Origin: an uncultured Gammaproteobacteria bacterium
Lineage (GTDB): Bacteria; Patescibacteriota; Patescibacteriia; Magasanikbacterales; GWA2-37-8
NCBI GenBank assembly: GCA_964540825.1
Contig: CAZINT010000003.1
Location: 19,250 to 83,249 of the forward strand
Direction of reading: 5' to 3'
Length of the DNA: 64,000 bases
Below, piece after piece: positions 58,737 to 64,000 of the stretch. How positions within the stretch are numbered: position 1 is the first letter of the stretch; each line of letters starts with the position of its first letter. The notes below the pieces were generated by a model, which made no database searches, was not told the DNA's origin, and worked only from the letters and a program-made list of their open reading frames with translations. The position numbers and the translations under genes are program-made.

Positions 58737-61601
58737 TTAAACAACAATACTTACTAATTTTCCTTTGACGTAAATAATTTTTTTCGGTTCCTTGCCTTCG
58801 AGTTTGGCAATAATTTTATCAGTGGCAAGAGCCGCTTTTTTAATTTCATCTTCAGCAAGATCTTTTGACACCATAATTTCGTCACGGACTTTACCGTTTA
58901 CTTGAATTACGAGCGTAAACATATCATCAACAAGCCACTTCGCGTCAGCGGTTGGCCAGGCCGCGAGCGCAACACTTCCTTCGTTATGCAGCACTTCACT
59001 CCAGAGCTCTTCGGCAATATGCGGCGCAAACGGTGCTAAAACTTTAATCAACATTTCATACACTGTTTTGGCAACGTTTGTGAAACCACTTATCTCATTA
59101 ATAAATTCCATCATCTTCGCTACCGACGTATTGAATTTCATTTCATCAATATCCGTTGTAACTTTAGCGACCAAACGATGCGCTAATTTATATTGCTCTT
59201 CAGAAATTTCGGATTCGTCAATCGTAATTTTTTCTTGCAGGTTCCATACTTTCTCAAGGAAGCGATACACACCCACCACACCATTGGTGTTCCAAGCAAC
59301 AGCCTGATCAAACGGACCCATAAACATAATATAGGTACGCAGCGCATCCGCACCAAACTCGGCAACGATTTCATCCGGGTTCACGACGTTGCCGCGGCTT
59401 TTACTCATCTTCTCGCCATCTTCAGCTAGAATGATGCCGTGCGACGTGCGTTTTTTGTACGGCTCAAGCGTGGGCACAAGCCCCTGATCAAACAGAAATT
59501 GATTCCAGAAACGTGAATAGAGCAAATGGAGCACCGTGTGTTCGTTCCCCCCATTATACCAATCAACAGGTGCCCAATATTGTAATTTTTCAGATGCAGC
59601 AAAGGTTGTATCATTATGCGGGTCCATATACCTGAGCCAATACCAACTTGACCCGGCCCAGTTTGGCATGGTGTCAGTTTCGCGCTTGGCCGGACCAGCG
59701 CATGCGGGACAAGTCGTGGTTACCCAATCGGTGATTTTAGAAAGCGGTGACTCACCGGTGTCGGTTGGCTCATACTTTTCTACTTTAGGAAGCGTGAGCG
59801 GCAGCTGATCTTCCGGGACAGGCACATAACCACATTTGTCGCAGATAATAATCGGGATTGGTTCGCCCCAATAGCGCTGGCGCGAAAAAACCCAATCACG
59901 CAGTTTGTAATTAGTTTTGGCAACACCGAATTTCTCGGTAATTTTTTCTCGGGCCTCTTTGGAAGTTAGACCGGAAAACTCTCCGGAATTAATCAAAACA
60001 CCATCGTCAGGCAGCGCCATTCCACCGGATGAAAACCAATTCCATTCAAAAGGTCCGTCAACCACATTGACGAATTTACCAACGCCCGCAGCCGGAATCC
60101 ATACCGGATCATGTTTGTCGCTTTCGACCGCTTCCACCGCATTCTTTGTTTCATCGTCGAGCTCAAAATACAGCGGATGAATTTCGGCATACCGATTTTC
60201 ATCTTTATGCGCTGCATAGTAGGTGGTATGAAACTCAACACCAAGCGATCGAACAAAACGAATATTTGTATACCCTGTTTCCTCCCTAATTTCCCGCTTC
60301 GCTGCCTCAACCACATCTTCTCCCTCTTCTACCCCACCAATAATGAAGGTGTGTGGCAGTCGACTGCCCCAGACCGCACCTTTCCAGGAAAGCATCAAAA
60401 TCGCCCCATCGCTCTTGCGACTGATGACGGCATGCACTGTCTTGCGGCGGACTGTTTTTTTTCCCAGAATGGGAGGGTTAGCTGTTTCAGTAAATAGCGG
60501 TGCAACTACCTGCTTCACGGGTAAATTATATTTTTGCGCAAAATCAAAATCGCGCTCATCGTGCGCGGGCACGCCCATCACTGCGCCCGTACCAACAGTC
60601 GCCAAGACGTAATTAGTAATTAGCACAGGAACAGATTCGCCCGTTGCCGGATTGGCAGCCGTGACACCGGTCATCATACCAGTTTTTTCCGGCTCTTCAC
60701 GCGTGTTCATAACGGCCCTGGCGGCAATGACTTCGTCAATGTAGGCGGTAACCCCGACTGTGGTTTGCCACCCTGCTTCGAGCCATTTTTTGGCAACCTC
60801 GGGGGCAATCGCAATATACGTAACACCGAACAGCGTATCGGGGCGCGTGGTAAAAACGGTTATCGAATATTTTCCATCGGGCTGCCCGGCCACCTGAAGA
60901 GGAAACGTAATTTCGGCGCCCTCGCTTTTGCCGATCCAATTTTGCTGCTGCGCTTTGGCTTCGGGAATATAATTTACTTCTTCAAGCCCTTGCAATAATT
61001 TATCCGCGTACTTGGTAATCGCCAGCATCCATTGTTCTTTGTTGCGCGCTTCTACGGGCGTTCCACAGCGCTCGCAGCAGCCGTTCACCACTTCTTCGTT
61101 GGCTAGACCGATCTTATCTTTTGGGCACCAGTTAATGGGCTGATTTTTTTTGTAAGCAAGACCTGCTTTAAAAAATTGTAAAAATAACCATTGCGTCCAT
61201 TTGTAATATTTAGGGTCAGTTGTATCAATTACACGTGACCAATCAAAACCAAAACCGAGCGACTTTAATTGACGGGTAAACGTAGCAATATTTTCAGCCG
61301 TAACTTCGGCTGGCGGTCGACCGGTTTTAATGGCGTAATTTTCGGTTGGAAGTCCAAAAGCATCAAAACCGATTGGATACAAAACATTAAACCCTTCCAT
61401 TCGTTTTTTGCGCGACACCACGTCCATGGCCGTGAAAGGGCGCGGATGGCCCACATGAAGACCGGCTCCCGATGGGTATGGAAATTCAATCAATGCGTAA
61501 AATTTTTGTCTTTGCACACCATCGCTCGCTGCAAAAGTTTGCTGTGCATCCCAATACTTTTGCCATTTCTTTTCAATCGCCTCGGGGTTGTACTTTTTCA
61601 T
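58737..61601 (-). CDS. leuS: Leucyl-tRNA synthetase with inserted Nudix domain
   Basis: FPYPSG.GLHVGH, FTTRPDTLFG, SRQRYWG.PIP, KMSKS; Nudix box GGVEEGEDVVEAAKREIREETGY. Confidence 0.96.
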   Translation of the reverse strand: MKKYNPEAIEKKWQKYWDAQQTFAASDGVQRQKFYALIEFPYPSGAGLHVGHPRPFTAMDVVSRKKRMEGFNVLYPIGFDAFGLPTENYAIKTGRPPAEVTAENIATFTRQLKSLGFGFDWSRVIDTTDPKYYKWTQWLFLQFFKAGLAYKKNQPINWCPKDKIGLANEEVVNGCCERCGTPVEARNKEQWMLAITKYADKLLQGLEEVNYIPEAKAQQQNWIGKSEGAEITFPLQVAGQPDGKYSITVFTTRPDTLFGVTYIAIAPEVAKKWLEAGWQTTVGVTAYIDEVIAARAVMNTREEPEKTGMMTGVTAANPATGESVPVLITNYVLATVGTGAVMGVPAHDERDFDFAQKYNLPVKQVVAPLFTETANPPILGKKTVRRKTVHAVISRKSDGAILMLSWKGAVWGSRLPHTFIIGGVEEGEDVVEAAKREIREETGYTNIRFVRSLGVEFHTTYYAAHKDENRYAEIHPLYFELDDETKNAVEAVESDKHDPVWIPAAGVGKFVNVVDGPFEWNWFSSGGMALPDDGVLINSGEFSGLTSKEAREKITEKFGVAKTNYKLRDWVFSRQRYWGEPIPIIICDKCGYVPVPEDQLPLTLPKVEKYEPTDTGESPLSKITDWVTTTCPACAGPAKRETDTMPNWAGSSWYWLRYMDPHNDTTFAASEKLQYWAPVDWYNGGNEHTVLHLLYSRFWNQFLFDQGLVPTLEPYKKRTSHGIILAEDGEKMSKSRGNVVNPDEIVAEFGADALRTYIMFMGPFDQAVAWNTNGVVGVYRFLEKVWNLQEKITIDESEISEEQYKLAHRLVAKVTTDIDEMKFNTSVAKMMEFINEISGFTNVAKTVYEMLIKVLAPFAPHIAEELWSEVLHNEGSVALAAWPTADAKWLVDDMFTLVIQVNGKVRDEIMVSKDLAEDEIKKAALATDKIIAKLEGKEPKKIIYVKGKLVSIVV

Positions 61602-61685
61602 AAATCAAGACTAATCTTCTAAGGTTGAGAATAGGTTTAGTTTACTTAAAAGACGACTTAAAATCAAGCAAAATTGCCGCGGTCC

Positions 61686-62549
61686 TTATTTCTGGCATAC
61701 CCGGCAAAAATGCGTCCCCCGTCCGGCAACCTTTGTTTTTTCAATTATTCCGGTTGTACAGGTTTTACAACGAGCATTTTTGGAGCCATACACTTTAAGG
61801 TGGGCTGAAAAATTTCCTTTGTTCCCTTCGCTATCAATATAATTATTAAAAGTAGTCCCCCGATACTTAATAGCTTTTTTAATAATAGCGTTCGCCGCTT
61901 GGTACAGTTTCTTAATTTCACTCGGTGTTAACGTTGCCGTTCTCCGGGTTGGCAGCACCCCGGCAGCATGACAAATTTCGTCCGCATAAATATTGCCTAT
62001 TCCGGCAATAAACGCCTGATTAAGGAGCAGCGCTTTAATGTTCATTTTTTTAGTTTTAAGCAACTTAGAAAATGCCGCAAACGTAAATTCAGGAGTCAAA
62101 GGCTCTACACCAAAACCCTGAAGCGCTTTTTCTAACCCGAGGGCGTCAGTCAGTTTGAGATAACCGAATTTTCGAAGATCATTAAAAAATAATTTGGAGG
62201 TATCGCTCAAGGTAAAAATAGCGCCGGTAAACTTATCGGGCAATTGTGTGTTCAAAGTTTTAAAACTATGCCCACCGCCGACAATCGTATCTTTAAGTAC
62301 ATACACCAGTTGCCCAGTCATTTTAAGGTGCACCAAGAGAACAGAATCATTTTTTTCAAATCTAAAAATCATGAGCTTGCCCCTGCGGTCAATTTCGATA
62401 ATTTTTTTGCCAATTAAAAATTCAACCAGCTCTTTTGGTTTGCCAGCAGCGACTTTAGGATATAGCGCCTCAAAAGCAGTAATTTTTTTATGCAAAATTT
62501 TCCGGCGCAAATCTTGGCGAATCGTCTCGACTTCTGGCAATTCAGGCAT
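61686..62549 (-). CDS. mutM: Formamidopyrimidine-DNA glycosylase
   Basis: MPELPEVE, RRGK, HLKMTG, GIGNIYADE, C-terminal Zn finger. Confidence 0.97.
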   Translation of the reverse strand: MPELPEVETIRQDLRRKILHKKITAFEALYPKVAAGKPKELVEFLIGKKIIEIDRRGKLMIFRFEKNDSVLLVHLKMTGQLVYVLKDTIVGGGHSFKTLNTQLPDKFTGAIFTLSDTSKLFFNDLRKFGYLKLTDALGLEKALQGFGVEPLTPEFTFAAFSKLLKTKKMNIKALLLNQAFIAGIGNIYADEICHAAGVLPTRRTATLTPSEIKKLYQAANAIIKKAIKYRGTTFNNYIDSEGNKGNFSAHLKVYGSKNARCKTCTTGIIEKTKVAGRGTHFCRVCQK

Positions 62550-62565
62550 ACAAAAATCTAAAATA

Positions 62566-62604
62566 AAAAAAGCCGCAGCCTACAAAAAGTTACCGCGGCT
62601 TTTT
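62566..62604 (-). terminator. Terminator after trxA
   Basis: aaaaagccgc...gcggcttttt. Confidence 0.6.
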
Positions 62605-62609
62605 AGCTG

Positions 62610-62933
62610 TTACACTAAATGTTTATTGATCATTTCCTGTAATTTTTCTTTCTGCACACCGCCCACAACTTGATCAACGACTTTTCCATCTTTAAAGAGA
62701 AGGAATGTTGGAATACTGAGCACATTGTACTGTCCCGCAGTGTTTGGATTTTCGTCAACGTTTACTTTGCCAATAGCAATATTTTTACCCTCGTATTCAT
62801 GGCTCAGTGTTTCGACAATCGGCCCCATCATTTGGCAAGGACCGCACCATGGCGCCCAGAAATCAACAAAAACAAATTTGTCAGATTTTAAAACTTCGGC
62901 TTCAAAATTTGCGTCTGTAAAAATGTGTTCCAT
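62610..62933 (-). CDS. trxA: Thioredoxin
   Basis: DFWAPWCGPC, SIPT. Confidence 0.96.
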   Translation of the reverse strand: MEHIFTDANFEAEVLKSDKFVFVDFWAPWCGPCQMMGPIVETLSHEYEGKNIAIGKVNVDENPNTAGQYNVLSIPTFLLFKDGKVVDQVVGGVQKEKLQEMINKHLV

Positions 62934-62962
62934 ATTTTTATAGTAATTTTAGTATAAATACT

Positions 62963-63466
62963 TCATCTCTTTTTTCCCAAAATCCCAGCGGACAACTCCT
63001 GTAAGGAAGGCTCCTCTGGAGAAACCTCTATGTCATCTTCAGACAGTTCAGTAATTTCGTCTCCTCCTTCTTCAACAACTACATCGCTTTCTGAAATAAA
63101 TTCAGAACATAATTTTTGAATTTCTCCTTCCCGTTTTTTTGTCCAGGAAGTAACGGCTTCAGACCATATCCAGTAAATATGCTTTTCTCCACTAGTTGCG
63201 GTCCTGGTCGGCGAGTCTACTTTTGAGAGTAAAAATTTTACAACTTCCTGCAAAGAAGATGATGAGCGTAAAACCGCCGCCACCACACCCTCCGCAGAAG
63301 ACATTTCTTTAAGTTCAGCATCAGATACATCCATTCGCTTGGCAATTTCGAGCCCTCCCTCCAATATATGGCTCATACTACTCGCAACACCGCGCACATC
63401 TGAACTTCTTACATATGTAGCACCCGTTAGAGCGGCAAATTTGTTGGTTAGAATACCCGATTTCAT
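62963..63466 (-). CDS. Hypothetical protein with acidic C-terminus
   Basis: 167-aa ORF filling the infB-trxA gap. Confidence 0.6.
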   Translation of the reverse strand: MKSGILTNKFAALTGATYVRSSDVRGVASSMSHILEGGLEIAKRMDVSDAELKEMSSAEGVVAAVLRSSSSLQEVVKFLLSKVDSPTRTATSGEKHIYWIWSEAVTSWTKKREGEIQKLCSEFISESDVVVEEGGDEITELSEDDIEVSPEEPSLQELSAGILGKKR

Positions 63467-63477
63467 AAAACTTATTT

Positions 63478-64000
63478 CTAAGATAATATGAGTTTCTTCT
63501 CTTTTTTCTCTTCTTTATAACACTGGATAATATCTCCTTCTTCGATTTTTACCTTACCGTCATATTGTACACCACCTTCATTGCCTTCGGGAAGTTCATT
63601 CACGGATTGTTTGCCGCTCTGAAGCGCTGAGATTTTACCGAGACCGATGATTTGGCCGTCACGCTTGATGCGCGCTTTGGTATCTTTAAACAATTTGCCG
63701 CTTTCCACGCGCCCACCAACGATCATAGAATTTTTTGCTGTGCGGAAAATTGCCAAAACTTTAAGGTTACCAAGTTCAGTCGTGATAAATTCCGGATTAA
63801 GCATTTTTTCGAGCTCATCTTTGACTTCGTCAAACAAATCGTAGATAACTTTATATTCTTTGAAACGCACACCGGTTTTCTGAATCATTTCCTGAGCAAT
63901 CGGAGTTTTGGTTACATTGAAGGCAAAGAGCGTTGCATTCGCCGTCTCCGCAGTTGTCACGTCATCGGCCATAATGTTGCCGAGGCCCTTACCGACCACG
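63478..64000 (-). CDS. infB: Translation initiation factor IF-2, C-terminal part (5' truncated by the window)
   Basis: G.I...DV..A...A....FNV, Y.VIYDL.D, GGRV..G, G.EGG...EGD.I..Y. Confidence 0.93.
   Translation of the reverse strand, partial: VVGKGLGNIMADDVTTAETANATLFAFNVTKTPIAQEMIQKTGVRFKEYKVIYDLFDEVKDELEKMLNPEFITTELGNLKVLAIFRTAKNSMIVGGRVESGKLFKDTKARIKRDGQIIGLGKISALQSGKQSVNELPEGNEGGVQYDGKVKIEEGDIIQCYKEEKKEKKLILS

Overview
A 64-kb chromosomal segment of a Patescibacteria (CPR) bacterium. The assignment is inferred from gene content: a PrgI/VirB4/VirB6-like cluster, a giant Cys-rich surface protein, split ComEC and LeuRS with a Nudix insert; it resembles Parcubacteria/ABY1. Genetic code 11. 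The AT-rich backbone is mostly on the minus strand and carries infB (partial), trxA, mutM, leuS, comEC, nusA, yidC, groES/groEL, prfB, tsaC, rsmA, a type IV secretion-like locus, comF, a sensor kinase, two tRNA-Ser genes and a MarR/ABC exporter. The main finding is that two gene 'dialects' coexist. Backbone genes have A/T-rich leaders, almost never a Shine-Dalgarno (SD) sequence, and usually T at -1. About ten scattered islet genes are GC-rich (sampled lines 60-67%) and SD-led, several with a stem-loop abutting the SD. Most islets sit behind an AT-rich TTGACA-17bp promoter like those of the backbone and end in their own 3' hairpin. Islets encode two dead histidine-phosphatase-fold proteins, a FabH-like enzyme, two lipoproteins inside the T4SS locus and small orphans. 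One hypothesis (inference only) is that they are transcribed by the symbiont but built for translation by a GC-rich host. Other oddities are a tRNA-Ser with anticodon ACU, a symmetric CIRCE variant, prfB without its frameshift and the LeuRS-Nudix fusion.
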